From the human T2T-CHM13v2.0 reference genome, Homo sapiens: a DNA stretch of 64,000 nucleotides. Each line of letters starts with the position of its first letter. Within the stretch, counting starts at the first letter, position 1. Below are positions 13,791 through 28,499 of the stretch, piece by piece. The DNA lies in NCBI RefSeq assembly GCF_009914755.1, contig NC_060930.1. One strand, 5' to 3'. The notes beneath the pieces are model-generated. The model was given only the letters and a program-made list of their open reading frames with translations. It made no database searches and had not been told where the DNA came from. A program made the translations under genes and the position numbers.

Positions 13791-15070
13791 AATTACTAAG
13801 TTTAGCAAAAGCTATGGAAGAAACTGCTATCCCCTCATGGTGGTGGAATTAGTAGTAAGAAGGAATCAATCTATTCACCTCTCTCTTTGTATTTTTAATT
13901 GTTTCCACTCATATGTTACTTTTATAAATTATTTTGTAAAACTCAATTAGGAGAAATAATTTTAAAAATTACCATCATAATCAGCAAAAGCAATTTAGCC
14001 CAGGTCAAAACATAATTTTATCTCAACTATTCTGATATCTGCCTTAATGTGACCTCTATTTTTAAAATAGATGTCTAATACTCATTCAACTGATGCTTAG
14101 AAAAATGCTAAGGAATCTATAATTGTGCTTTCCAATTATATATTTTGTACTTCGGATAAATGTTTCATTGATTTATATAATCTAAAGTTTAACAAATAAC
14201 CACATTCAACTCAGGCAAAATCAAAAATATAGTTTGACTCTATGATCATCAGTATGTAAATAAATAGGCAGGTGAAATCTTAATTTAATCTTTTAGAAAG
14301 AAATATATTTAAAATTGCTTGCTGCACAGATAAGTTAATAAGCTTCACCAAATCATGCAATAATGTGAAAAAAATTTTAAGTCCCCTAAGAGTGCCAAAT
14401 ATATGCCATTATTCAACAGCCAGCTCCATTTTTAATGATTTCCCTGAGCTACAAAGGCAAGTTGAATTGAATGATTTAATCAGCACACTATTTCCTATTT
14501 TCACATTTATGTATATCAAACTGAGAATATAATCACTCACATTATTTAGAAACTCTTTTATGTCCTGAATAAGTCAAGTGTATTATTATGAGCTTATTTG
14601 GCTGGAAGAAACCTGGATTGTATCTGTTCTACATAAACTGATTATATTTTAATTGCATTTACCATATTCCTTATAGATTTTGTTTGATATAATTAAACCA
14701 ATTAAACTTATAACACACTCACAGAAGGTGCTAAGAAAAAAAAGAGTAAAGAAAAACTACATTCTTCACTACTTGATAGTGGTTTGAGCTTTTTTAGTAC
14801 TAGATTAGACATCATTGCAATTAATTGAGTGTAATTAAGAAGTAAAGAGATGTTACTGTGGTCACTCATCAAGTAGTGTGATAGCAAGTGCTGAGGCACT
14901 GTTGACTGAAATGCTATTAAGGAGATGTTTCGATATCATTTATCGCAATAGATACTCATCTGACTTAGGGTTCCAAGGACAAAGCTATAGACCCAATGAG
15001 TATTCAAATGTTAATTGAAAATTCTAATAATATTATAAGGATGTGAAGTTAAAACAATTATCTCATCGGT

Positions 15071-15215
15071 GCAGAAGTTGGCAAACGTTTTGTTAAAGAG
15101 CTATGTATGAATATGTTGCAACTATTCAACTTCACCAAGGTGATGTGAAAAGAGCCACACAAGATGCCGATAAAACTTTACTCACTGCAACAGGTAGACA
15201 ACCAGCAGTCACAGT
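15071..15215 (+). mobile_element. MER58A-like hAT MITE, partial
   Basis: CAGAAGTTGGCAAAC start; TGTTGCAACTATTCAACT; ATAAAACTTTA. Confidence 0.6.
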
Positions 15216-15316
15216 TCACTCAACAGCGTGTCCTCGAGAAGTAACCTCTAACCTAGTGATTGTTATAAACTGCATTCATTCTTAGAAGAAAACATGTCAG
15301 AAGTGAAAAGCAGGTC

Positions 15317-15843
15317 TAAGGGTGGAATAATCTATTTCTCTACCCATCTTAGGTTGTCCAGCTGGGGCCCCATAAATTAGACTGGCAAAAGACAAACTGA
15401 CAAGAGAGCAAACGTTTGTTAACATGGGATGAGTAACTTGAATGTTTGGTTATATCTTGGACTTATATAATATTTTAGCAAAGGAACAGGAAAGAGAAGG
15501 GACCAGACAAAGGAAAAAGGCCTTGAGTCTCCAGGGGTATTAAATTTTCAGAAGGCAAATATACGAGAAAGGAATGAAAGATAAGGGCTAGCTAGTAAAG
15601 CTTGTTATATAGAGTCTTCTGGTGCAGATTCCAGGCTAAGAAGGGTCTAGAATGATCTCTGCTGATTGACTCTTGTCCTTCCTAGTAGAGAGGGATAACT
15701 TTGTAAATTTATGTCCTGTTTTTGCCAGATAGGAGGAGAGCAGAGAGCTTTTCCTGAGGTTGCTGCTTCTTAATTGCCTTCAGCTCAAAATAATTCTTAT
15801 GCCAAAGAGGCATATTTTGGGGCAATATATTCTGGTTACCTTT
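15317..15843 (-). mobile_element. MER34-family ERV1 solo LTR
   Basis: TTGCCTTCAGCTCAAAATAATTCTTATGCCAAAGAGGCATATTTTGGGG is the antisense MER34-type start. Confidence 0.75.
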
Positions 15844-17269
15844 ATTGGTTTGCATTTTATTTTGACAGGGGCATGTGAAGCGTCACCAACAGTCCCTGAT
15901 ACATAAGACTATTCTAAAAGCAAGCAAAAGTTGGATTTAGTTTGGGAACAAAATGAAAGGCCCTATTCTATTTGATCTTTCTTTGAGTTTGTCGATACAA
16001 AATAGATTCACCCAAAATTTGAAAGAAACAAGGCAGGAGTTGATGAATACTGCTTTGTTTTTCCTCCTTTTAGAAACTGATATAAAGCAAGGTTTAATCA
16101 AGACCTTTCAAAGAGGCTCGCTTAAAAGTCAGCAGTTTCTCTGCTCATTATCTCCTGAGTGAGATGCTCACAAATAAGTCACTCTGCCTGTATTTTAAGG
16201 GATTAGTGTGGGAAGCTCCTGAGATGCCAACAGAAACTTCAAAGTGCCATTATTTTATGACTATGGTTTAGGGGAAAGGATGTCGAAACTAAGACATCTG
16301 TGAAAGCATTTGCTACACTGATAATGGAAACCCCTTCCGCATCTGTTTTGAAATCTGGGAGATAATTGTCCAAGCGAAGCTCTGTTTCAAGTAACCGTCA
16401 AGCCTCCAAACTGAAGAAAGCTGTTCTAATTCAGATTCTAAGCCATTAACTTTCTTCTGGAAGGTCATGTGCCCATCATTGACATGAAAATATTTCCTGT
16501 CTACGTGGCCTCACAGCCCTGGGCTAATCCAAACTGCTCTTTCATTCCTTGCATAAAACCTTAACATCACTTTCTTCTTATTCATGAAATGCAGTTTCTA
16601 GGGCAATGCATTTTCTCCACTTTGAGAGGGGTAACGTCAGCTACAGATACAGATATCATTTGAGTTTTTTCTCCATACATGAAAAGTTTGCTTTCCATGC
16701 TGGCAACCACGGTGATGCCCTCTGTGTCTGGAGAAGACTCCTGTTTTAATCAAATCTTTAAAAAATATTATTTGCACATTAAATGAAATAAAACACTCTC
16801 CAGCTTCTCTCCTTTGCCCTTGCAACTGTGAACACACTATGCCTACAAAGCTGCTATGTCTCACCTTAAAAGTCATTAAAATGTAATAACTAAGCCTCTA
16901 CAGCTATTGTCCCCAGAAAAAAAAAAACACATCAACACTTGCAGAGTGTATTTAGTTTTGAGGCTATAAGCGCTCCTTGCAAATGTTTGAACATCTCCAT
17001 TCCTTAAAATAAATACACAAAGCAATTGTAGATGCCTTCATTCTCCTATGCTTGTTCACACAATTTACTAATTCACAAAACAGGTCATCCAAAATGGGTC
17101 ATTCAGTTATTGGCATAATTATCCAGGTTCAGTTGTTAATATAATTAGGGGTAATGTAAATGTGAGCAATTTTCCAAACCATAATTAATAGGGCACAACA
17201 ATACACAGAGAAATAAAAGCCACAATTTTCCTAAATTGCTAGTCTAGTGCTCATTAGAGTAAGCTGTGT

Positions 17270-17460
17270 GGGAGCATTTGCCATGCACCAGGCCCTAGGC
17301 AGGGGCTTTAAACAGATCATATCATTCAGTCCTGGACAGTCCCCATTAAACACATCAGAAACTGAAGCTGACAGAGGTTGAGCCCTTTGTTCACGTAAGC
17401 AGTAAGTGGTAAATTAAACCTTTGTAGTTGGGTCTGTCTAATTTTGATCACTGTGCCATA
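17270..17460 (-). mobile_element. MIR
   Basis: GAGCATTTGCCATGCACCAGGC...GAAACTGAAGCTGACAGAGGTT. Confidence 0.6.
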
Positions 17461-17899
17461 GTACCTACTCCTAGATTAAACTTTTGAAAATAAATAAATC
17501 GTTTGGAGTTCCAGGGCCATCCTTTTTGGGATTATTTATTTGGATATGTTCTTGGGGGAAAATGAAAAGAGGACAGGAAGTTGAGGGAAAGACCCCTGCC
17601 TCCTGGATGCTCTTTCTACCACCTCTGTGGGCTTCGCCGCCTCTTCTCACTCACCCCTTCCACGGAGAATGGTCAACCTGATCCACTACACTGCAGAACA
17701 AGTTACTCCACATCTGCTAGGAAGTAGTGCCGCCGTATGCTAAGAGTTTGTTGATAGAGACAGTTAGCACTCCCTCTCACTTATCCCGGGGCCACTTTGT
17801 AAAATGTGGCTGCCCTCTCATCACTCCCTTTTCACTAGCAGGCCTTCTGCCAAGAGGGGGAAGCCCATTAAGACTGAGGCAAATTGCACCCCACATTCA

Positions 17900-18195
17900 G
17901 ACATCTGAAATCACACCTAAAGGAGTCTTTTTATGGGACTTGGGCTGTCTGTGGTATACTCCGGGCTACGAATGGCCGTGCAGACTGGGGAACAGTGAGA
18001 GACAAAGGAGCAGGTGCAAAGAGAAGTAGAATTGAGAGATGGAGAAAGAACAGCTGAGTCCATCCATTTTCTACTTTCCTGAACTCTCAAGGCATTCTTG
18101 CCTTGGTTTCGGAGAGACACAGGGTAACCTGACAATAAAATCCCCATGTGGGTGTAAATGATCTTTAAGTGGTTTTTATTTGTTTCAGCGGAAGC
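17900..18195 (+). mobile_element. Old ERVL/MaLR-type LTR 3' fragment (family uncertain)
   Basis: GAGAAGTAGAATTGAGAGATGGAG...AATAAAATCCCC...AAGTGGTTTTTATTTGTTTCAG resembles an old LTR U5 end. Confidence 0.4.
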
Positions 18196-18959
18196 TTTCT
18201 AAGGGATATACTAATCAATGTTCAAAATGTCCCCACTAATAAACTCTTGGATTAACTCGAATATCTGCGAGGTCCTTAGCACAGATCTGCAATCTGCTCA
18301 CTTGTTCTCTGGTCCATTCTTTTGAAGTCACCTTCCATGGCTACGCGATGCTTCTCAAACATTTTTGAGACAAACGGTCTGAGAAATATTTTTTAAATAG
18401 TTTAAAGCTTATGGGAATTCTGATTAATATACCTTCCCAGCAAGAGTTATGGTTCTTAGATGCAGCAGTGCCAGGATATTTTTTCCTATAATGAGATTCC
18501 CAACAATTTTTTTTTATACAACTAACTGCTTCTTTAAATAATGATATGGAATTTACATGTAAACCTTTATTCAATAAATCATCTTCGTGGATGGATATTT
18601 TCAACACTAGTGTTATATTTTACAATGCAAAATGTAAACACTTTGCTTTTTATGCCTTCTTTTAGTGTTATGAATTATCTGAAAGAATGTTTTATTGATT
18701 GTTCCACCATGGCTTATGCCCTTTTATTCCTGGAAAGATAAATCAAATTTTTTCTGCATTAGTAATCTCCTTCTTGGAAATATTTAATAATGAGTAATGA
18801 CAGAGTATGACTCAATGAACCAAGCCCTAAATGATGGTTCTTCAATACGGAGAAAATCTACAAGCATATAGTAAAATGTGAGGGACTCTGGAAGGAACAT
18901 ATCATATGGTAAGATGAGGAGAAAAGCTTGAAGATGTTAAATTTTGGAGTTTCACAGCT

Positions 18960-19050
18960 CATTAATTCATCAGATGTGTTCTATGAGCCAGACACTATAC
19001 TAGGTGCTGAGATACAAATATTAACAGCGGAAGAGCTCATAGCCTAGGCA
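18960..19050 (-). mobile_element. L2 3' fragment
   Basis: CTATGAGCCAGACACTATACTAGGTGCTGAGATACA. Confidence 0.6.
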
Positions 19051-19089
19051 AGAAGACTCAAAAACAGAGCACAGACTTAAAAGCCTCTC

Positions 19090-19553
<464 letters not shown>

Positions 19554-20229
19554 TGACAGCCAATAATTTTTTATTGCTATTTGAAAGAAGGAAAAAAATT
19601 ATATATACCTTTACTTTATCGTTTGTGGGAATAATATCTTTGTAGATCAAACTTTGGTATTATCCTTCTGCTTCAAGAAATTTATTTGTCTTGTAATGAA
19701 TGTTTAATTGATGAATTTTCTTTGATTTTGCTTGTCTGAAAAATATTTTCCTTATTCTTAATTTTTAAAATACAATTTGTGACTGTAGAATTTTGGAATA
19801 ACAATTATTTTTTCTTTTCACAATTTAAAGATGCCACACCATTGTCTTCTAGGTTGCATAATTTCTTATGAGGAGTTTCCTCTAATTCTTACCTTTATTC
19901 TTTTGTAATGCTTTCTGCTTTGGCAAACATAGCAATTTGAATATCAAGTATCCCAGTGTTGTTCTTTCCTTTTTTTTGTATTTATCTGGCTTGATGTTTG
20001 CTAAACTTCTTGAATTCATGCTTTGATATTTTCATTTTATTTGAAAAATTCTCAGCTACTATCTCTTCACATATTTGTTTTGGCCCATGTTCTCTCTTTG
20101 CCTTCTAGAATTGTCATTACATATAAGTTACACCTTTGGGTGATGTTTCACAGCTTGTGGACACACTGTGTCCCCACCCTCAACCACTCTTTTTATTTTT
20201 TCCATTGTATTTCAATTTGGGTAATTTCT

Positions 20230-20420
20230 TGTTTTTATTTCAGTAGCTTTGGGGGTACAAGTGGTTTTTGGTTACATGCATGAATTCTACAGTGCTGAAT
20301 TCTGAGATTTTAGTGCACTCGTCACCTGACTATTATACATTGTACCCAATATGTAGTTTTTTATTCTTTACCTCCCTCCTACACCCGTGCTTCTGAGTCT
20401 CCAAAGTCTATTATATCACT
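20230..20420 (-). mobile_element. L1PB-like 3' end, 5'-truncated
   Basis: TTTGGGGGTACAAGTGGTTTTTGGTTACATG; 17-bp TSD CA(A/G)TTTGGGTAATTTCT at 20213-20229 and 20421-20437. Confidence 0.85.
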
Positions 20421-20544
20421 CAGTTTGGGTAATTTCTATTAAACAGTTTTAAAGTTCACTGATTCATTCCTCAGTTGTGTCATGTTGACTGATGAAGTTG
20501 TTAGAGGCATTCTTCATCTCTCTTAGCGTATTTTTTATTTCCTA

Positions 20545-20998
20545 TGCGGTAAGCAAAACAATGACCCCTGAAGAAATCCATATCCTAATCTCTGGAGCCT
20601 TCAAATGTGTTATACAGTTAATAGGAATTAAGTTTGCAGATGGAATTAAGGCAGCTAAACAAATGAATTCAAAATAGGAAGATTATCCTGGATTATCTGG
20701 GTGGGCCCAATATAAGGGTTCTTCAGTGCAAAAGAGGGAGGTAGAAGAGTCGGAGCACTATAAGCCAAGTCATTCCTGGCTTCCATGATAAAAGAAGGCA
20801 TGGAGCAAAAGAATGAAGTCAACCTCTAGAAGTCGGAAAAGGCAGGAACAGTTATTCTTCGCCAAGAGCCCCTAGAAAGCACTATTATCCTGCCAATACC
20901 TTGATTTTAGCCCAGAAAGACACATTTTGGATCTGACATGCAGAACTATAAGAGAACACATTTGTGTTTTTAACCAATTTGGTGGTAATTTATTACAG
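20545..20998 (+). mobile_element. MLT1D MaLR solo LTR
   Basis: TTTGCAGATGGAATTAAGG, GATTATCCTGGATTATCTGGGTGGGCCCAAT, CCTTGATTTTAGCCCAG. Confidence 0.85.
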
Positions 20999-22227
20999 TT
21001 ACATGTTGTTCATAGTTATTTTGTATTCTCTTAGGGATAGTTTCAATATCTATATCATCTCTGTGTCTAATTCTGTTGATTGCTTTTTTCTATTGGAAGT
21101 ACTTTCTGTCTTTTTAAATTTTATAATTTTTGATTGATGTTCATAGTGTAAAATGACAATATATTAGACATTGTAGTAAGTAGCATTTATGCCTGGAAAT
21201 GGGCATGCTTATTCTCTGTTATGCTATTAGTGATGAGGTAGGGAGGATTAAGTCAATCTAGTTAAAGTCAGTCTGGGTTTGCAATTAGCTGTTTCCATGT
21301 CTGCCTTCAGTGTACTGCTGTCTTCAAATTCCTCCAGCGTTAACTTGTGCTTGGATTCTGGATAACTTTCCTGAGCATTTTTCTCAATGTTCCTCCCCAA
21401 CCACAGCTCCAAGTTTGCCTTCATATTTAGACCTAAGAGAGGATCTAGTTTCAGGTTCCTTTTCTTTCCACCAAAGTAGAAATTCCTTGGTACTTGGTGC
21501 TTGGTAGCCTGGGCGACAAAGGTGGGGGGATTCTGTTTTCCTTGTTTAGTCACTTTCTTAGGCTCTGTGTCATGGTTTCAGAGGTAGAGTTTCCAAGTGA
21601 CCCTGCTCATCCCAGCAGTAGGGGAGCTTTAATTTCCTGGGTCCAGGATGGTTTTCTGCAACTCTCTGAGGAGTAGAGAACATTTACTTTTACCCTCCCA
21701 CCAATCATTGTGAGTCTTCATCTACTCTCTGGTTGATGGTGCTTGTTGCCTTTCTTCAGAGGCAGAAGCTTTTGTTACTTACGGGAGAAGTAACTGGGTG
21801 CTGTTTCATTCTCTCCAGCAGCAGCTTCACCATCCTCCAGGACTGCAACAAGTATTCTCCTCTCTTTGATGCTGCTCCTTCTCATGGGCACACAGTAGGT
21901 TGTTGGAGGAAAACCTACAGTGGAATATCAACTTTCCTTGGGTCTATAGCTCATTGGTGTTCCATACAATCGCTTTATCTGACTCTCACTCCTTAAGCAA
22001 TCGAATACAATTTTTAGCTGAATTATTCCTACCCACATGTATTGAGACCTGGTGTTCCACCTTCTTCCATAGGTGATTACTGAAATTCTGTTTCTCCCTG
22101 GAGGTGCATATCTTTCCTTAGATGTGGGTAGCTACCCTATTACATCAGCTTTCTGATACGTTGAAGAAAAGTTATCATTCTGTAGATTATACAGCTTTTT
22201 ATTTTGGTTTGTGTGGGAGTATATGCT

Positions 22228-22342
22228 AGTATACTATTATATAATATAGTGTACTATATAAAACATATATACATGTAGCATATAATACACAATAATATAT
22301 GTAATAATATATGTAAATAATATACAATATACTATACTATAC
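22228..22342. repeat. AT-rich low-complexity (TA)n-like tract
   Basis: Directly visible. Confidence 0.7.
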
Positions 22343-22349
22343 TGCAGTC

Positions 22350-23385
22350 TATTCTGCTGGTGCATTTGTTGTATTTTTTGTGGTATGTTGATGTGCTCGT
22401 TTAACATGTGTATTTCTTTATTGTCCAACTATTGCGGTTTTTTTTTTCTATGGCTTGCATGTGTTCCTCAGCTTTGCTCACTGATCCTTTTTATCTCTTA
22501 TTATTTCTGTTTAGTTTTTACTTTATTTAGGTCTTTTACAGAGAAATTTGCTGACCCTCACCTGTAGGAAAATTTCATTGCTCTTTTCTCATATATTTTC
22601 CGTGTATGGATGCCACACAACCCTTTTTATTTATTTTAGAATAAATGATCTATAGAAATGAGTAGGCAATTCCAATGTTGGAAGAGGCAGGTTAGCTTTG
22701 TTGATTTTTTAGTTCAAGTGCTCTCTTCTCAGTTGCTATGAAGATAAACTATTGTTTTTAAAAATGTGAAACCTCTGTGCATAATTGTGTATTTCATATT
22801 TCAGACCTTTACACATTTCAGAGCCTTCTCAATCAGCCCTGTGTGCTCATTCTTTCACTGGCCACTGTTACCAAGCAGAGTGGCTCCTGTCTTCCCAAGT
22901 GATCCATTTGCTTCAGAAACTGTTTTTGTTCGCCTTTTGAGATCTGTCACCGGTGAGATGCTGAACGTTGTATTACTTTTCCTCTCATGTCTCTAAGTAT
23001 TTTCCCTTTTTTCAATCTCAGCCCATCTCATAGCAGTTCTAAATAAAGTGGAGTGCTCTTATTTTAGAGTGTACATTTTCTGGAAACTTACGACATCTTC
23101 CTCTACTAGACCCTTTCTCTTCTTCAAATTCTTTTCTGACTCAATATCACTGCTTTGGTTTATTGCTTTATGAGTTCTTACCCAGCCCTGATGGTCTTAA
23201 TAGCTTTATATAGCATTTTCATATAGTTCGTATTTTTTGTTTTTTTCTGTTCTGTAATTTGGCCAATCAAGCAGTTTGTGGTTTACTATTCACTGTGTGG
23301 TTTTCCCTCATTATCATACATGGTTTCCCTGTGAAAAGGCAGAAAAATTCTTAAATAACTTATAAGTTGATCTTGCTGGAAGCTG
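22350..23385 (-). mobile_element. HAL1/L1ME-like 5' fragment
   Basis: Degraded antisense LINE pattern ending TCTTGCTGGAAGC. Confidence 0.35.
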
Positions 23386-24159
23386 GTAATATTTTTTAAG
23401 TTGTTTTGATCATTACAAAATTAAGAATGGAGTTGCATATGATGATTGATGGTTCGGTGATTCTCAAAACTGATATTAGCAAGCAAAATTTTAGTTAATA
23501 TTCTTTTCTGTACCTTTTGATATAAAATATGCTGATTACTAAACAGACTGCATTTATGAAATAATCATTCATTGTCAAAGAGACATTTATAAATTTTCAA
23601 TTAAAGTTCCTAATTAGCATGAACATCATGAGTTACTCTTATTGAATTGATATAGTAATAGACAAAACAAAGAAATAAAGAATTTTAATTAGTGTATGCA
23701 ACCTTAATGTTGATAAATTTGCATTCTCCTCTTGGTTTTTTAAAATAACAAAAAAAATTTTAAAACACCAATTATAATCAACATGGATAAATTCTGAAGG
23801 AATCAGAATCTATGCTGGGAACCATGGAGAAATAACATTTAAATTTTCTGGTTTTTTGAACTTTAATTGCTTTGTAGTTTTTTTTTTAAATCCAATTTGC
23901 ATAATAAAATATAACTGCATAAATTTCTACATGGTGATATTACAATTAGGAAATTAAAATGACAAATATAAATATTTAAATATTTTACTGATTAAATAAG
24001 AAGCTTCTGACAAGAAAAGCAGTTACCACATTGACCAAGCTCATCATCTAGATTTCCATATCACCAGAAATGTCCAGCCTTTTGGAACCTGGTAGTTTGT
24101 TTTCCCTTTGACAGAATTTCTCCAAAATAAGTAGTAGCTGTGAGTAAATAAATGAGTTT

Positions 24160-27100
24160 TGTGTTTATAATTTATTATAACATAATTAAAATCTTAATGT
24201 ATGAAAATACTAACGTACAAACAATATAGTAAGTATTATATAGTCCCTGTCCATACTAAGTAATGAAACATTACCAATACAATTGAAAACACTGAAGCAC
24301 TTTACCAAAAATCTTTCTGTTTGTTCTGGGTTAAACAGTAACTTAAATTTAGACTTTATTATTTCCACATAGTTCTGTCTGTACTTACTACATATGTGGG
24401 TTTCTTTGATGAATATATGGTATTATTTTTAATGTTTCAATTATATGCAAATAAACTGTGTGCATTCTTTGGAATCTAGATTTTTTTATTATACTAGGAT
24501 TATGAGATCCATCTTTGTCGAAAAAAATGTAGTGTTGCACTAGTTCATTACTTTTTAAGGTATGAATACAACACAGTATAGTCCTACGCTCAATTCATGA
24601 TCAATATTTGTGTAGTTTACAGTCATTATTACAGTCAATACTATTATGAATGTTCTTTTTTAAAAAATTCTTTACCTATTTTAGATAGTAGCTATTGTCT
24701 ATTTTATGTGTGGCAAACATTTTCTGGTTTCTTTCTTAGTTTTACATTTTCTTGAGGAGTGCATTTCTTGGTGAATGTATACTATTAGTTTTTGTGTGGT
24801 CAAAATAATCATTCTTATTTGTTACATTTTGCACTTTTTTTATCTTGTTGAAGAGAATTTTCCCTATTCTGAAGACGTATAGGTGTAATTCTATATTTTT
24901 GCTTAAAAGTTAATTTTGTGCTTATGTTGGTAATGATTTTTATATCTTGAATTGATTTTTATATCTTGAATATGTCAATATATTTTTCTTTCTTTCCATA
25001 TTGATACAAGTCATCCCAATATAATTTGTTGAATAGTCCATCCTCTCCCCACTGAACTGTAGTACTATTTTGTCGTTTATAGAGTTTCCATCCATGCATG
25101 AGCCTGTTCCTGGGCGTTTAAATCTTAAACCTAAAATAATCAATTCAAAAGTGTTTGGATTTTGTATGTGAACAATAGGCAATCATATTGTCTACTCCTA
25201 ATGGCATTTTCTTTTGACCTCTGCAATACCAATACTTTTCGTTTCATTCTTTTGTTTCTCTGTAGTTGCTAATACTGCCAACATTTTGTTAAACATGAGC
25301 AGGAATTCAATTTGGTAGTAATATTTTTTAACACTTTACTGGATTTTTTCCAGAAATTATTGTTTTAAATATTTATATCTATGTGAAAATAAAATTTTGT
25401 GGAATATTATTTTTAACTGCCATTGTCCAATTATGGTACTAAAACTAGTCTTGATTTTTTAAGTTATTTAGAAAGTATTCTTTTTCCTCTGTTTTCCAGG
25501 GGAATTTTTGTAATATTGGTATTTTATTTCTCATGGGACTTGAGTAGAACTATTGATATTTTATTTCTCATGGGAGTTGAGTAGAACTATTGATATTTTA
25601 TTTCTCATGGGAGTTGAGTAGAACCTGTAAAACCATCTAAATTTAGTGTTGATTTGCACTTTCAATGATTGAGCTTTTGGATAATAAATTTCTTTAATGA
25701 TTACGGGAACAGTCAGTGATATTTTTCTCATATATCAGTTTCTTTGTTATCTTTTTCAGAAATATGTCTATATTGATCAAATTTCAAATTTATCACAAAT
25801 ATTTTAATATTTACTTGCTCTTAAAAAATAACTCATGTTATTGGTTACTTCTGTCACCTTAAATTTTAAAGACATTACTTTTGTCTTTTTTAAAAAATTA
25901 ATCATGCCGGATATTGCGTATTTACTAAATTTTATGTTGTTCTTTTAAAAATATTTTTTGTTGGATGTTTAGCTCATATATTATTTCTTTATGTTCTAAT
26001 ATAAACATTTAGGAAAACAGCTATCTATCTATATTACATATGTATCTATAATTTTAAGGATTTTTTAGGTACTGCTAAAATTTTCTTTTACCAACCTTGA
26101 ATTTAGTGTCATTTTTATCATTATTGCTTTCTCTATTTTCAAAATTTCTGTTAATGTTACATCTCAATCTATGAGCTATTTAGCTTTCTAAAAAGTATTT
26201 CCCATATATGGAGGTTTTCCTTAATTCAATATTAAATTTACTATGTTGAGAAAATGTGGTTTGTTCCTTTTACATTTATTGTCATTAATAAGATTTTAAA
26301 AATAACTTCTATTATTTTATTTTATGCATGGTGTTTTTCTTACTTTTCCTGTGTTTCTTTTTGTGTTTTTTTGGCCTGAATTTTATTTTGTTCTTCATTT
26401 ATTTTGTTTTCTCTCCTAATCTTTGAGAACTACATTGCTAATTCAATTTCGTCAGTGTTTGTTCTTAAGTTTTTGTTATGTGTGCATAAAATCAAACATT
26501 AATCATTGTTTCTTTCTCCTCCCACGCAATCTAAATACCTTAGACCACTGTAACTCTATGCTCGTCTATCTCACAAGTTTCTGACATTTCAGGCCAATAT
26601 ATCTTTTAATTCCAGAATTCAGATATTATGATTGCTATAAAGAGTCAATTATTTTTTATTCAAAATCTATTTGCTAATTTGTTTCTGTTCATTATTTCTC
26701 CCATTTCAGATCATCATTGTAGCATCATTTTCCTTCTTTTTGAAGCATATCTTTTAAGTTTCCTTAATGTCCATCTGTTAGGGGTAAGCCCGAAGTTTTT
26801 ATTCAAAAATTTATTTATTTTTACTTGGTTTTAAATGATTACTTGGCATTGTGTACAATTTTAAGTTTATAGTTATTTTCTTTAAGTAATTGGGATGTGT
26901 TATTTCTTATCTTCTGACTTCTTCTCTTCTGCTGGTAAATCTGCTGTTAGGCCAACTATTCTTTTTGTGGCTTATCACTCTCCTTCTGTCTGTGGCTCAA
27001 TTTTTCTTCTACTCTCAAGATTTTTGACTTTGATGTCTTGCAGTTTCATTACACTGTGGTTTAGTATAGAATTTTTTTTTTATTTATATTGCTTGGATTT

Positions 27101-28072
27101 TTTATGTCTCTTTTTCAAGTCTTGTTTCTGTTTCTCTAATATTCTTTCAATTCTAATTTTATGTTCAACTTAAAGACAGATTTTATTTCAATAGAATTAG
27201 GTATTACAAGATGTTCTAAGCAGTCATTTTTCAAATCAGTCTGCTTTTTAATTTTTATTGAACCTTATTACTTGTTTATCTTGTTAATGTTCTCATGTAT
27301 TTCTTCATATTTTAAAACCCAATTTAGTTTATATCCAGATCTGTGGCTATTCATTGTTTCATCTGACCCTTATTCGTGGCGAATTGTTTGTTATGTATTT
27401 ATAATTTTAAAAAATTTTGAATACATCTTCCAGATTACCCAGGTTTGTAGTACACTTGAAGAATGTGTACATTGACTTTCTTGAGGAAACCTTTCTCTAG
27501 AAAAGATTTGCTTTTGCTTCTACCGTGTGCTTAAGATGCCAGGAATATGTGATCACTTTAAATGATTTTATTGAATTTTTGTATAAATTTGAACCCTATG
27601 ACCCAATGATGTCAGGTTTAGGGCTACAATTTCTCAAGAAAACATCCTATTTCTTTTCTTCTCACTTGACTGTAATGCCTGTGGCTTGTAAGTTACACTG
27701 TAGAGTCCTTTTCCGGTGGGAAGACATTTGCTAGCTCACTTTTTCATTGAAGGCTCCTGGATTTGGTCAGCAGAACCTCTTTTATTTCACTGTTTGGAGT
27801 GAGCCCAGCATCTTGTCTCCTTGGCGTCAAGTATTCTGATCATGGTCCTCTCTTTAGCCAAAGGTCTTCAGATAACAAACGAGGGTGTCATTGCCAGCTT
27901 GTCACTGTGGATTCCAGTTTCCAGTGCTTTTGTTTGTAGCCCCTGGAATTTATTTTCTTTCTTGTGAGCACTGATATACATGAGTTTTATTGAATTATAT
28001 AGAAAATTTTCAGTAGGTTGGAGAGGAAAAATGCGTGAATCTGAGGTTTGTTATATTGTTGTGAGTGGAAGG
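24160..28072 (-). mobile_element. Very old L1ME-type remnant(s): 3'UTR, ORF2, ORF1 and 5' pieces
   Basis: TATCTTGAATTGATTTTTATAT, TTTGTTGAATAGTCCATCCTCTCCCCACTGA and other antisense ORF2 motifs. Confidence 0.6.
25514..25624. repeat. 37-bp tandem repeat x3 (TATTGRTATTTTATTTCTCATGGGASTTGAGTAGAAC)
   Basis: Units at 25514-25550, 25551-25587 and 25588-25624; copies 2 and 3 are identical. Confidence 0.95.
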
Positions 28073-28499
28073 CCATTGTGAAACTTTAGAATTATCAACA
28101 TTATTTCAGGAATAAAACTGATAACATTTAAAAACCAGCACAGACCAATCAGAATGGAAGCAGGCCTTAAACAACTTTAAGCCATACAGTTTAATACCAG
28201 GTAAATTTCCTCCCCACTTGCCCTTTAAGTCCTTTTTATAAGAATAAGTGAGTGATCGAGGTAGTCACCTCACATCATCTTCATCAAAATGATACTAATG
28301 TTTTCAGTCTTAAAAACTGTTATAAATTTAATATTCAGCTGCAAATTAAACATTCACTTCTTTATAAAGATTAAAATTATTTATATTCACTGAAAACAAA
28401 GATTGGTTGTAAACTATTTCTAAATGCTATTTTTAATCCATATAATTTGTTGAACAATTTGATTCTATACTCACAGGGGGCATGTCCTAATTCATAACA

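Larger units (their letters stand above)
19560..22225 (-). mobile_element. Old L1M ORF1 and 5'UTR remnant, interrupted by an L1PB fragment and MLT1D
   Basis: Antisense ORF1-like motifs (TTGCTTGTCTGAAAAA, CCATTGTCTTCTAGG) and an L1M-type 5' terminus. Confidence 0.65.

Noticed and set aside
25514-25624. 37-bp repeats as a CRISPR-like array
   Set aside because: Head-to-tail repeats without spacers, inside a mammalian L1; a plain minisatellite.
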